This document shows, piece after piece, positions 34,214 through 44,753 of a stretch of DNA of 64,000 nt. How positions within the stretch are numbered: position 1 is the stretch's first letter; each line of letters starts with the position of its first letter. The position numbers and the translations under genes are program-made. Below the pieces are notes generated by a model. That model saw nothing but the letters and a program-made list of their open reading frames with translations. It did not search any database and was not told the DNA's origin. Source of the stretch: an uncultured Planctomycetota bacterium. GTDB taxonomy: Bacteria > Planctomycetota > Planctomycetia > Isosphaerales > Isosphaeraceae. The stretch covers positions 384,001 through 448,000 of the forward strand of contig CAWJTV010000011.1 of the NCBI GenBank assembly GCA_963845755.1, in the 5' to 3' direction.

Positions 34214-37200
34214 ATGGCGGGTCGTCGCGGCTGCAAAGTTTGCTTCGTGTTCATCGCCGGCTCTCTCGCCCTCTTCCCGGCGGTGGCCCTCGGCCAGGAA
34301 GCCCAATGTGGCGGGGCGCCGGTTGTCATGGCTGAGCAGCCGGTTCGCGCCCGGAGCCGGTGGAACCCATGGGTTCGTCGTGCCGGACCAGCCGGGCCCG
34401 GTCCAGGGCTTCGTCCAGCGCATGTGGGGTTACGTCAACCCGGATAACGCCGAGATCATCTCGGTGCACCAACTCGGCCTGCCTGATCGACCATCTGGAC
34501 AAGTGCCTGTTCGACAAGGGCCAGGTCGTGGTCAAGGGCCCCGACGTCTGGGGGCAGAACCGGTTGACCCAGTACCGTGCCGAGTACGAAGACCAGATGA
34601 GGACTCAGCTCGGGAACTTCGAGATCATCCTCAGCTCCTACCAGCGCCGGGCGGATCTCGCCGCACTCACGAGTGCGACATCGGTCGGGGCTTCGCTCAC
34701 CCCGCAGGTCTCGAACAGCAAGAATGTCACCACGACCAATAACATCACCCCTCCGCTCCCGCGATCCCCTCGGCGCCGGGCTGGTCGGGCCGAATGGCCT
34801 CGTCGCCAACGCCAACTCCCTGATCGGAACCATGTCGCCACTGCTGATGCCGAGCAACCTTGACAGCCCTGGCCCTGGCCAATAAGGGCGCGGCCCAGGG
34901 CCTGGGCATCGAGCCCACCGTCCTGCTCGACGAGCGCTCCAATTTCTTGAACTACCTCCACCAACTCCGTCGGAACAGCATCGGCGACGACAAGACCGAT
35001 ATGCCCGGTTACAGCCTGTATCTCGTTCGCATGCCGGTCTCGATCCTCCCCGGCGATGAGTCGATCAAGGGCAAGGGGGCGATCGTCACCGTCCAGGCCA
35101 AGCATAACCTGACCGGCGACCTGCTGGCCAATACGTTCCGCAACGTCGTGCATCCTCGACACGGCCTACCAACTGATGGACGCCGTCACCCGGGGGCAAT
35201 ACCTCGCCATCGTCAGCGACCAGAGTTCGACTGCGACCATGAGATGACTCTCTCCAAGATCCCAAGCACTCGTGCCCGATCAGATCGACGGATTCCTCCG
35301 TCCGTGCGCCCGGCTAGTGCAGATCCAATCCCGAGCCAGGACTCCGACTGCAGAACCAGGACGATAGCGATACGTCTCGCAACACGACACGCTCAGTGCG
35401 GGACTCACCAGGCCGCCCAGGGTGCCGGACCCGGCTCCGAAGTCGTGCGCGATTTACGGCGCGAATAACCTGACGCGGCTGGTCGCGCCGTGAAGTCGGA
35501 CCAGGAGTCCTGGTACCGGCACGACCCGAGCGTGGTCTCCTGGCTGCTGGGCGAGCTGGGTTCGGCCCACACCTACATGCGCGAGCAGGCGCGGCTGGGC
35601 AATCCGGCCTTCCAGCCCGACGTGTTCGAGAACATCGGGCACCATCTCCTGACCGGAACTACAAGGCGCTGTGGGTCCACCGCGAGAACTGGCTGCGGGC
35701 GTCGGCCAAGGCCCGCACGACCAGGTCCGGCCGATCGACGTGCTGGCGTTCGCCCTGATGGTCCAGTCGGTCTTCGTGGACCGCCAGCTCAAGTACGACA
35801 TGCAGGTGATGGCCCAGCGCAAGGGCTGCGCCTGCGGCGACCCCTATCAGTATTGCTTCTACAATCTCTGGCCCGACGAGCCGGCGAAGCAAGCCTTCAA
35901 TGCCTACGTCGACTGCAAGTGGCCGATCCATGTCTTCTCGCTCGATCCGATCGTCGACCAGCAGAACCAGCTCGACCTGTACAGCGAGCGGACCGAGCTG
36001 CAACTGGCCCTGGCGACGGCGATCGCCACGGGCCAGGCCAGCTTCGAGAACGCGACGACGTACGCCCGCCGCCTGGAGCAGGACCTGGCGGCGATCAATC
36101 TGAATCGCACGGCGGTCGGCTTCGGTGCCGGCGACACGACCTTCGGCTGGCGATTCCGCCCGCGCATCCAGACGCCGCCCACTCAGAGCAATCCGCGGCG
36201 GATCCTGGGAATCCTCGTCAACAACGGACCCGGGCCCGACTATGCCCTGAACAACCTCCGGATCGAGCCGGGCCCGCGCGAATGCTACGCGCTGATGGTC
36301 GTGCCCAACTTCGTGCCGATGATCAAGATGACCACGGTCACGAACTGGTTCGACCTGAAGACCTGCCACCCCGACCAGGAGCTCGGACACCACCGACATG
36401 GTCGGCCTCGGCCGCAAGCTCCAGACGGCCCGCAACGCGTATCAGCGCCTGTGCGACTCGGGCCGCTACCGGCCGACGGACATCGAATCGCTCGGCGAGC
36501 GCCTCGATCAGCTCGAGGCCATGCTGCCGATCCAGTCCCATCAGGTCACGCTCCCCTTCGAGGCCGATCTGACCGGCTCGGAGATCTTCAGCTCGTACAA
36601 CGCCGGGCTCGGCCCGCGGCTCTTGACCTGGTACGGCGAGCCGAGCCAGCCCGGCGGCTCGATCTTCATCCTGGGCACCGGCTTCACCGTCCACGAGATG
36701 AAGGTCATCGTCGGCGGCCAGGTGCTCGAATGATCCGACGCACGATCCCGACGACTCCCACTCCCGGGCTCCACACCACCGCCCGGCTACGAGATCTTGA
36801 GCCGGAACGTGCTCCGGATCACCATCCCCGCGAACGCCCAGACGGTCGACACCGAGGTGATCACCTCGTATACGAAAGCGGCCGCGAAGACCGCCGATGC
36901 CGGGACTCACACCGTCCAGACCACCACGACGACGGTTGATACCACCACGTCAACGGACCGGGTACCGACTCATGTGAATGGGGAATCCACCACAAGGTCG
37001 GTCGAGAACACCAAGACGACGGGCCCCGCACCCAAGACGAGCACACCGGCGGTGGCTTCGCCGTATAATGCACTCGGGGCGACCGGCACGGCGTTCAACG
37101 CGACGACGGATAACGTGTTCCGCGGCGTCGTGGCGAACTTCCGGGACACGAACCCGTCGACGGCGACGGTCCCCGTGATGATCGATTGGGGCGACAACAC

Positions 37201-38249
37201 ACCAGCCAGCCCGGGCACGGTTTCGCTCAACGCCCAGGGCTCCCGGATCTCCGGATCGCATACTTACACCAGGACCGGTCTCTTCTCGACGCAAATCACG
37301 ATCCCACTGACTGGCGGCCCACCGCCCGTCGTCGTGTTTGGCCAGGCCAACGTCTCTGTCCCTCCGCCGCCAGCCAACCACGAATGCGATCGCCGCAAGG
37401 TCATCGATATCCACGTGGCCACATCCAATGGAATCTCGAATCACTTATTTGTTGAAGTCTCGCCCAGCTACAGGCCCACCGATCCGACGAAGGCGATGAA
37501 GACCAGCGTGACGACGCAGACGCTCGTGAACGCCACAACCGGCGAGACCACGACCAACACCGACTACACGACGACGTCGCCGGGCATCGTCCTGCCGCCG
37601 GGGACGATACTCCCGATGGGGACGAGCCTGCCGTCCGGTGGCACCTTCGTCTCCCCGGGCGCCGCGACGATCAACAACCTTCCCTCGGGCTACCAGCCCG
37701 GGACCGTGCCCAGCAATTTCTACCAGCCGATGCCGCCAACCCCCGCCCCCGCAACCGGTCCGGGCGCCATGAACGCCGCGCCGACGCCGGCGAGCGAAGC
37801 GTTGGCGGACAGGAACCGGGAGCCCGAGTTGGCCCCAATCGCGGAGAACGCGGCCCCAGCCGGCGCGGTCCTCCCAGGGGACCATCCCCGTCCCGACCGC
37901 CGCGTCGGGTCATCCTTTCGTACCAAGGGAAGCCATCCCGCCGCCGGTCTCGCGAACTTCCGTTCCGAGACCGACACCCGCCCCGCAACTCGCGGCCACG
38001 GCACCCGCCCGTGCCGCGGGCCTGGGAGGAACCTCGGGGCGCCCGAGTTCGAGGGAAGGGCGTCGAGACCCGGCCGTCGTCCCCGTGGCGACCCAGCCCC
38101 CGCTCGCGACGCGGCGGGGACCGGGACTCTTGCAACGAATGAGGTCTGCCGACAAGACCGCGGTCCCTGCCACGAGCGCCGCTCCGGCCACGACGAAGCC
38201 GCCCGCCCGGAAGTCAGTCCTGTCACGCGTCTTCGGCGGCGCGCAGTAA
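34214..38249 (+). CDS. Large secreted protein of unknown family, paralog D (alpha subtype), heavily frameshifted (sequencing error or pseudogene)
   Basis: Fragments spread over about 10 frame switches: signal peptide, KGPDVWGQNRLT, GIEPTVLLDE, GYSLYLVRMPVSILPG, WPIHVFSLDPIVDQQN, TELQLALA, FRPRIQTPP, CDSGRYRP, HVATSNGISNHL, ending RKSVLSRVFGGAQ*. Confidence 0.8.
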
Positions 38250-38292
38250 CCTACGCCGCGGTCGATGTCGGTTGTTGGAAGTTATTCGATTC

Positions 38293-39188
38293 TCAATATT
38301 GCGAGAAGCACCAATTCCGATGCCCTGGGACGACGGTATTGAGAGTTGGACAGCCTGTATAGACCGCCGGCAGGACATAGGCGGGTTGAGGACTGAAAGA
38401 CGGCGCGTGCCCGCAATAATAGCTCCCCCCAATGGGGGTTCCGCAGCAAGGGCAAGCCGATGTGGCCTGCCGTTTTGATGCCCGTGGAGTACGCGGGCGA
38501 AGGACGGTCCTGCCTTTCGTCTTGGCCGTGCCATCTGCGTTAAACGTGGGTTGGGTCTCCAGCCCATAAATCTCCCATTGGCCGTCGAGATCGTAATTAT
38601 CCAAGAGTCGCTGGCGCTCGTTCGGATTGTCCCACTCGAGCGTGATGACCGTGGCGCTTGGCGGCGGCGCCGGAGTCGATCCGAAAGTTGAGGTGTGCCC
38701 TGGAGCCGACAAGGCCGGCTTCGGGCGCGGGTGAGGAGTTTTGAGGGGTTAACCTCCAGAGCGGGTCGGACTGTAACAGTGGTATCGTCCTGAAGTACGG
38801 CGGTCATAGGGGCGGGATGAGGGGCACCTGGAGCAAGGAAGGGGAAAAGACTGATTTGCACGTAAGTGTCGTGTGGAAGCGTGATTTTTGTATCGTCATT
38901 GAACTTGACCTTACCATTCGGTTGGCGTATACCAGTGGCGCCACTTAGGACTGTACCCATCGTTACCCTCTCGAGCTTAACTTCGGTCTCCGGCAATAGC
39001 CAATCCTGGCCGTTGATCGTCACGCGAGTGTTGTTCGGAAGCCAGACGACTCGTTGTGCTGAGAGCGGGGCGATCTTGTCATCTGGAAGCGTAAATGGAT
39101 CTTGAGAGTGTGCTTTCGACCCCATCGAGAGTACGAGCAGTGCGGTGACGAGTGGCGCGAGCAAGTAGCGAAATCGCGGGGGTGTCAT
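38293..39188 (-). CDS. Hypothetical secreted protein with Cys-rich C-terminus (frameshift ~38730)
   Basis: GAGGAG before ATG; signal peptide ending KAHS-Q; tail CPCCG...YYCG...GCP...WCF. Confidence 0.55.
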
Positions 39189-39737
39189 GCAAGAAGCTCC
39201 TCATCCGATAATTCAGTAATAGGCTCGGAGGCCGCCGCGGAGCGTCGATCGGAGCGGATGGTTGCCGAACGGCGAAGACCCCACGATCTCTTGGCGGTCC
39301 GAAACCACGATGGCGCGATCATACCTCATTGCCATCGCTAACAAAATAGTCTACTCATTTTTCCAGAGCTGTGCATATCACCGAAATCTCCATCCTGCGC
39401 GGAGGCGCCCTTGGCGTCATTTCCGGCTCATTCCACGGTGCTGTGGCTCGCGTCGGTCGAGGCCGGGCACGGCGTCCGGCCACTGCCGGACCGGTCTGAT
39501 CCTTCATGAGGTTCAGGGCAGGTGTGTCGTCATCCGAAAGGGATAGGCCGCAAACCCGACTCGCATGCGGCAATGCCCGTAGGGGGCCTGCTTCAAGACG
39601 TTCGAAGCCAGGGTAACACTTTTCTCGGAAGACCGCGGCGTTGCTCCAGTCGCAAATAGTGACTGGACAATACTTTACCGCCAAAGCAGCCCGAGACTTT
39701 GCACCGGAAAGTGTTACCCGAGGTTGAACCAGGCCTC

Positions 39738-39830
39738 GTAGGGTGGGGCGACCTGCGATTCCTCGAGGCGAAGCCCACCGCATTGGCTCGGTTGGGCCAC
39801 AGGCTGCGTTGTGGCGTTCGACCCACCCTA
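39738..39830. repeat. Degenerate GTAG-type REP pair
   Basis: gtagggtggg ... cccaccctac terminal inverted repeat; a related half element lies at ~3209-3230. Confidence 0.6.
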
Positions 39831-40419
39831 CCGGCGGCTTCTCCCACACTCGTGGAGGGATGTTCATCGGCGCAATCGGGCCGTTGGCGTTGCCTCCGGT
39901 CCCGGGGAATTTTGGGCCTGGTTCAAACTAGGACAACACTTGGCGGCGTAAAGTCCGCCAGGGCCTCGCTGTAAAATTTTGTCCTGAAACAGATTGTGTC
40001 GGGAACATACCGGCCGCACCTTGCAACGAGCACTATCCTGGAGCCGAGCGATTTGAACCAGGCCCGCAATCCACATCGCAAATAATTTTTTCGAAATTTC
40101 TATATCACGGTGCTGTTTCAGGTTACGTCGAGAAAATGGGTGAGGACCGCCGTAGGTGCATTAACGAAATCTCAAAGTGCGGGCATCCTGATTAATAGGG
40201 GCATTCGACACGCAGGCGCGGATGTCCCCGTGACGTCTGACCGACAACCAGGAAATAACCCGATGTGCGACCACTGATACCCCACCAAGACGTGCGACCG
40301 GAGTAATCCAGCCATTCGAAACTTCTGCTACAACCCAAATCTCTTCGCATTCGGGTGGCCGGTTATCTCGCCAGGGGACTCAACGATCGTCGGATCGGAG
40401 TGAAGGCGACCCGAATCCG

Positions 40420-40600
40420 CAAAACGAGCCCAGACGCCATCGCGACGGCCCAACCGATAAAACGAACCCAGAATCCGCCCCGCGACGTGGCTCGAGTCTG
40501 CAAAACGAACCCAGAATGCCCCCGCGACGTGGCCCGATTTCGCAAAACGAACCCAGGAACGCCTGCGCGGCCCGGCCTGAAACTGGCAAAACGAACCCAG
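40420..40600. repeat. Five spaced copies of (C)AAAACGAACCCAG, period ~39-44 bp
   Basis: Copies at ~40420, 40459, 40501, 40543 and 40587. Confidence 0.8.
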
Positions 40601-40819
40601 CCGGTCGCATAAACCACACAACCGAGAACTCTTCACGCATCGTCAAAAGAAATCGCAATCAGATCGATCCTACCTGTCGGCTCAATCCGCAAGCCCATCG
40701 CAATCGTGACAATCGATAGCCGCAAGGCTGGCTTGCATGCGACAATGTCGGAGAGGTCAGCGGCGGGGTGTCGTTCCTGGCAGGACGTGGACCTCGCGAA
40801 CCGGAGGGGAGCGCGGAGT

Positions 40820-42799
40820 ATGTGCGGCATCTGCGGCGCGGTCTGGACCGGTCCGAACGGGGCGCTGGCGGCGGAATCGCTCGAGGCCATGATGGACAGG
40901 CTCGTCCATCGCGGGCCGGACGATGCCGGCGCCTACCGCGACAACCATGCCGCGCTGGGATTTCGCCGGCTCTCGATCATCGACCTGGCCGGCGGCCATC
41001 AGCCGCTCTCGAACGAGAACGGCACCGTCTGGACGGTCTTCAACGGCGAGATCTACAACTTCCCCTCGCTGCGGCGACGGTTGGAGGCCAAGGGGCACAC
41101 GCTCCGCTCGCAGGGCGACACCGAGGTCCTCGTTCACCTCTACGAGGATGAAGGGACGCGGATGTTCCGCCTGTTGCGCGGGATGTTCGCCCTGGCGATC
41201 TGGGACGAGCCCCGCCGCACGCTGATTCTGGCCCGCGACCGCATGGGCCAGAAGCCCCTGGTCTATCGCCAGCAAGGCGGACGCCTCACCTTCGCCAGCG
41301 AGCTCAAGGCCCTGCTGGCCCTGCCCGAGGCGGACGTCCCCCGCCGGATCGATCCCCTGGCGCTGGACCATTACCTGTGCTACGGATATGTCCCGCACCC
41401 GAGGACCATCCTGGAGGGGACGAGCAAGCTACCGCCGGCCCATTACGCCGTCTGGCACGACGGCGCGCTGACGATCGAACCCTACTGGCGACCCGACTGG
41501 AATGCCGAGCGCGTGCGGCCCGTCGAGGAGGATATCGAGGAGCTGCGCACGACCCTCGGCGACGCGGTGCGCGAGCAGATGATCGCGGACGTGCCGCTGG
41601 GGGCGTTCCTCTCGGGAGGCATCGACTCGACGATCATCGTGGGCCTGATGCAGCGCGCTTCTACTCGGCCGGTGAAGACCTTCGCGATCGGCTTCCCCGA
41701 CCCGAACTACGATGAGACGCACTATGCCGAGCTGGCCGCGCGGCACCTGGGGACCGAGCACCAGACCTTCCGCGTCGAGCCCAAGGCGTGGGAGACCCTG
41801 CCGCATCTGGCCTGGCAGTTCGACGAGCCGTTCGCCGACAGCTCGGCCCTGCCGACGTGGTACGTCGCGCGCGAGACCCGGCGCGAAGTCACGGTTGCCC
41901 TGACCGGCGATGCCGGCGACGAGCTCTTCGGCGGCTACGAGCGCTATCGGGCGCTGGCCCTGACCGAGCTGTTCCACCGTATCCCCGATCGCCCGCGCCG
42001 GGTCCTCGGCGGGACCATGGTCCGCGTCCTGCCGCGTTCGGCCCGGTCGAAGACCCGGCTCCGCAAAATCCAGCGGCTTTTCGAGAACATCAACGAGCCG
42101 GCCGACGCGCGCTACCTCGGCTGGATGACGACCTTCAACGAAGACGCCCGGCTGGCGCTCTATTCCGAGGATCAACTCGACCGCCTGGCCTCGGCCGCAT
42201 CGGCGACAGTCGACCCATCCGAGTCCGACCCGTCCACCCTCCTGGGCACGGCCTTCGCCGCCGCGTCACGACGCGACCCGGTCACGCGCGCCATGGTCGC
42301 CGATATCCTCACCTACTTGCCCGGCGACCTGCTGGTCAAGGTCAACCTGGCCAGCATGGCGCACAGCCTCGAATGCCGTGGGCCGTTCCTGGATCACCGG
42401 GTCGTCGAGCTGGCCGCCGCCATGCCGCTGGAACGCAAGATCCGCCCCGGCTCGGGCCGCTCCAAGGTCGTCCTCAAGCAGGCGTTCGCCGACTTGCTCC
42501 CTCCGCCCATCCAGAAGCGGGCGAAGATGGGGTTCGGCGTCCCGATCAGCCGATGGTTCCGCGACGATCTGAAGACCGAGCTCCGAGACGTCCTGCTCGA
42601 TCCCGTCTGCCTCAATCGCGGTCTGTTCCGGCCTGAGACGATCCGTGGCCTCATCGACGAGCATGTCGAAGGGAAACGCGAGCACTCGTTCCGCCTCTGG
42701 GCGCTCTTGATGCTGGAATTGTGGTTTCGGAGGCATCTGGATGAGGATCATCCGAAGCCGGTCGAGCCGGCGACGATTCAAGGAATGGGCGTCGCCTGA
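40820..42799 (+). CDS. asnB: Asparagine synthase (glutamine-hydrolysing) family amidotransferase
   Basis: MCGICG, HRGPD, FNGEIYN, FLSGGIDS, LTGDAGDELFGGY and KMGFGVP motifs. Confidence 0.93.
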   Translation: MCGICGAVWTGPNGALAAESLEAMMDRLVHRGPDDAGAYRDNHAALGFRRLSIIDLAGGHQPLSNENGTVWTVFNGEIYNFPSLRRRLEAKGHTLRSQGDTEVLVHLYEDEGTRMFRLLRGMFALAIWDEPRRTLILARDRMGQKPLVYRQQGGRLTFASELKALLALPEADVPRRIDPLALDHYLCYGYVPHPRTILEGTSKLPPAHYAVWHDGALTIEPYWRPDWNAERVRPVEEDIEELRTTLGDAVREQMIADVPLGAFLSGGIDSTIIVGLMQRASTRPVKTFAIGFPDPNYDETHYAELAARHLGTEHQTFRVEPKAWETLPHLAWQFDEPFADSSALPTWYVARETRREVTVALTGDAGDELFGGYERYRALALTELFHRIPDRPRRVLGGTMVRVLPRSARSKTRLRKIQRLFENINEPADARYLGWMTTFNEDARLALYSEDQLDRLASAASATVDPSESDPSTLLGTAFAAASRRDPVTRAMVADILTYLPGDLLVKVNLASMAHSLECRGPFLDHRVVELAAAMPLERKIRPGSGRSKVVLKQAFADLLPPPIQKRAKMGFGVPISRWFRDDLKTELRDVLLDPVCLNRGLFRPETIRGLIDEHVEGKREHSFRLWALLMLELWFRRHLDEDHPKPVEPATIQGMGVA

Positions 42800-43392
42800 C
42801 AGAGCGTAAGGATCGTGTTGAGGAAGGCTTTCAATTCGGGACATGCTTGCGCGGCGATGAGCAAGTCCTTGCCCTGGAGAATGCGCGAGGCATCGAGAAT
42901 CTTGTTGTATCTTCGACCCGTTCCGGCCCGGAAGACCTCTTCGAGTCGGTAGGAGGGAGGTTTGTTGTGATTGATCCGTTCCGGGGACGACCCTGGAGTG
43001 GTGCGATTGGACTTTGCCAGCCTCTGGATGTCACTCCAGAACGGGAGTAGCCATGCTTCGAAATCGTATTGCGCAGCGTGGGGGTAGAATCTGGGATCCG
43101 AACCAACCCATTGACGCATTTTGGCTTTTGCATCAACAGCATCGACAAAGTCTGGAGGTTTGGTGCCGGTGTAAACATCCGTCAGCGCGATGACAGCATC
43201 GGCCGGCTCCTTCCCATAGGTGAGAAGCCCTTCGACGAGCCGCTTCAACGCTTCGCCCTTGGGGATTCGACCCTCCTGCGGCACGGGGTGCAACCTGGGC
43301 ATCCGGCCGGCCAATCGTGTCTTCAGACATGCTCGCAGATGAGGGAGGAAGGCTTTCTCTGTCTTGCCTTCGACGACGATGGCGATCTTCAT
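42778..43392 (-). CDS. DUF4276-family (TOPRIM-like) protein
   Basis: IVVEGKTE, LTDVY, FEAWLL and PERIN..KPPS motifs; start overlaps the ATPase stop. Confidence 0.75.
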   Translation of the reverse strand: MKIAIVVEGKTEKAFLPHLRACLKTRLAGRMPRLHPVPQEGRIPKGEALKRLVEGLLTYGKEPADAVIALTDVYTGTKPPDFVDAVDAKAKMRQWVGSDPRFYPHAAQYDFEAWLLPFWSDIQRLAKSNRTTPGSSPERINHNKPPSYRLEEVFRAGTGRRYNKILDASRILQGKDLLIAAQACPELKAFLNTILTLCQATPIP

Positions 43393-44534
43393 GCACGGCC
43401 TCCCATGAGGCCCTGACTCCAGACTTCATCGAGCGTGTAGTCCTTGAGCCATTCCTTGAGATCGAGGTGGTCGCCCCAGTTGGCGCGAACCGTGCCGTCC
43501 TCATCCAGATCCATGACGATGACTTCACTGGGATCGAGAGACCGGACGAGGCGGTCGGCGTGCGTGGCGACGATTAATTGTGTCCGTGCCGAAGCCTCGC
43601 GCATCAACTCGGCCAGAATACTCAGAAGCTCGGGATGGAGGCTCACCTCCGGTTCATCCAGCATTGTGACCGGGGTCAATCCGGGACTCTGCAGGAGGGT
43701 GGCCAGCCAGAGGAAGCGCAACGTGCCTTCGGACAACTGATGCACGTAGAAAGGGGGAGTGAAATTGTTGTCTCTCCAGGCCATCCCGAGCATCCCCGCA
43801 GCGACCGGCGGGAATTCCAGTCGAACGAACCCCGGAAAGGCGACCCTCAGTGTATCCTCGATTGCCTCGAATCGATCGCGGGCCGTCTCCCTCAGATAGA
43901 ACAAGCACGAAATAAGGTCTTCGCCATCCTTCCCCGGCAGGTCAGCCGGACGCAACATCTGTGGCATCCTCACCGGCGCGAGGGGCTTGACGTCGAGTGC
44001 ATGGTAATAAGTCAAAGTAGCCAATCGGCTGCAAAACTCTGCCGGTTCTGTGAACAGACTCGGGACTTGAGATAGCGCCGTCTCAAGCGGCTTGTAGTCC
44101 CAGGTCGGGCTCACCAATTCATCCTGCTGATTGGTGTAACTGATGTGTCCAGGACGTGCGTCAATGTGCTGGTGACGCACGGGACCGTAATACTGGTACA
44201 GACTTTCCTCCGTGATCTGATAGCCGAAACCGCTGGGAGCGATTGTCAGTCCGTAGGTGAGCGGATTTACATGAGGTTGTGTTACAGTCATCATCAGCTC
44301 GAATGACAACTGTTTCGCCTTGTCAAGCGACAAGACAGATGTGAACCCCCCGAGCTCACTGAGTCGAGCGCCGAGCCGTCCGGACGCCGATGCTGCCAGT
44401 AACGAGAAGACATCCAGCAACGACGTCTTCCCGCTCCCATTAGCACCGATGAGGACATTCAACGGCCGCAATTCAAGGTCGAGGTCTAACAGACGACGGA
44501 ATCCCCGCACGTGAATCCGCTCGAACCGAGTCAT
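43389..44534 (-). CDS. AAA_21-type ABC/SMC-like ATPase
   Basis: Walker A GANGSGKT, signature LSEGTLR, Walker B LDEPEVSLHP, H-loop VATH. Confidence 0.9.
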   Translation of the reverse strand: MTRFERIHVRGFRRLLDLDLELRPLNVLIGANGSGKTSLLDVFSLLAASASGRLGARLSELGGFTSVLSLDKAKQLSFELMMTVTQPHVNPLTYGLTIAPSGFGYQITEESLYQYYGPVRHQHIDARPGHISYTNQQDELVSPTWDYKPLETALSQVPSLFTEPAEFCSRLATLTYYHALDVKPLAPVRMPQMLRPADLPGKDGEDLISCLFYLRETARDRFEAIEDTLRVAFPGFVRLEFPPVAAGMLGMAWRDNNFTPPFYVHQLSEGTLRFLWLATLLQSPGLTPVTMLDEPEVSLHPELLSILAELMREASARTQLIVATHADRLVRSLDPSEVIVMDLDEDGTVRANWGDHLDLKEWLKDYTLDEVWSQGLMGGRA

Positions 44535-44753
44535 GAGGGACACATCCTCTCCGAACGAGCGACCGAAACGAAAACCTTGGCTCGATCGATCTTCCTTCAT
44601 CGCGCACACGAACCTGGGTGCTTTTTCCATTCTAATCCTCGCCGTCTTCCGGCGGAAGCGGTCGCGGCTTCGCCCGGCACGCCGGGCGGGGCCGGCAGCC
44701 TATGCGACGGCCGGATTCCGCAGTGGTCGGAAGGCCCGCGCCGAAGCAGCGAA

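Noticed and set aside
40420..40600. Possible CRISPR array
   Set aside because: The repeat is only ~14 bp, the spacers resemble each other, and there are no cas genes.
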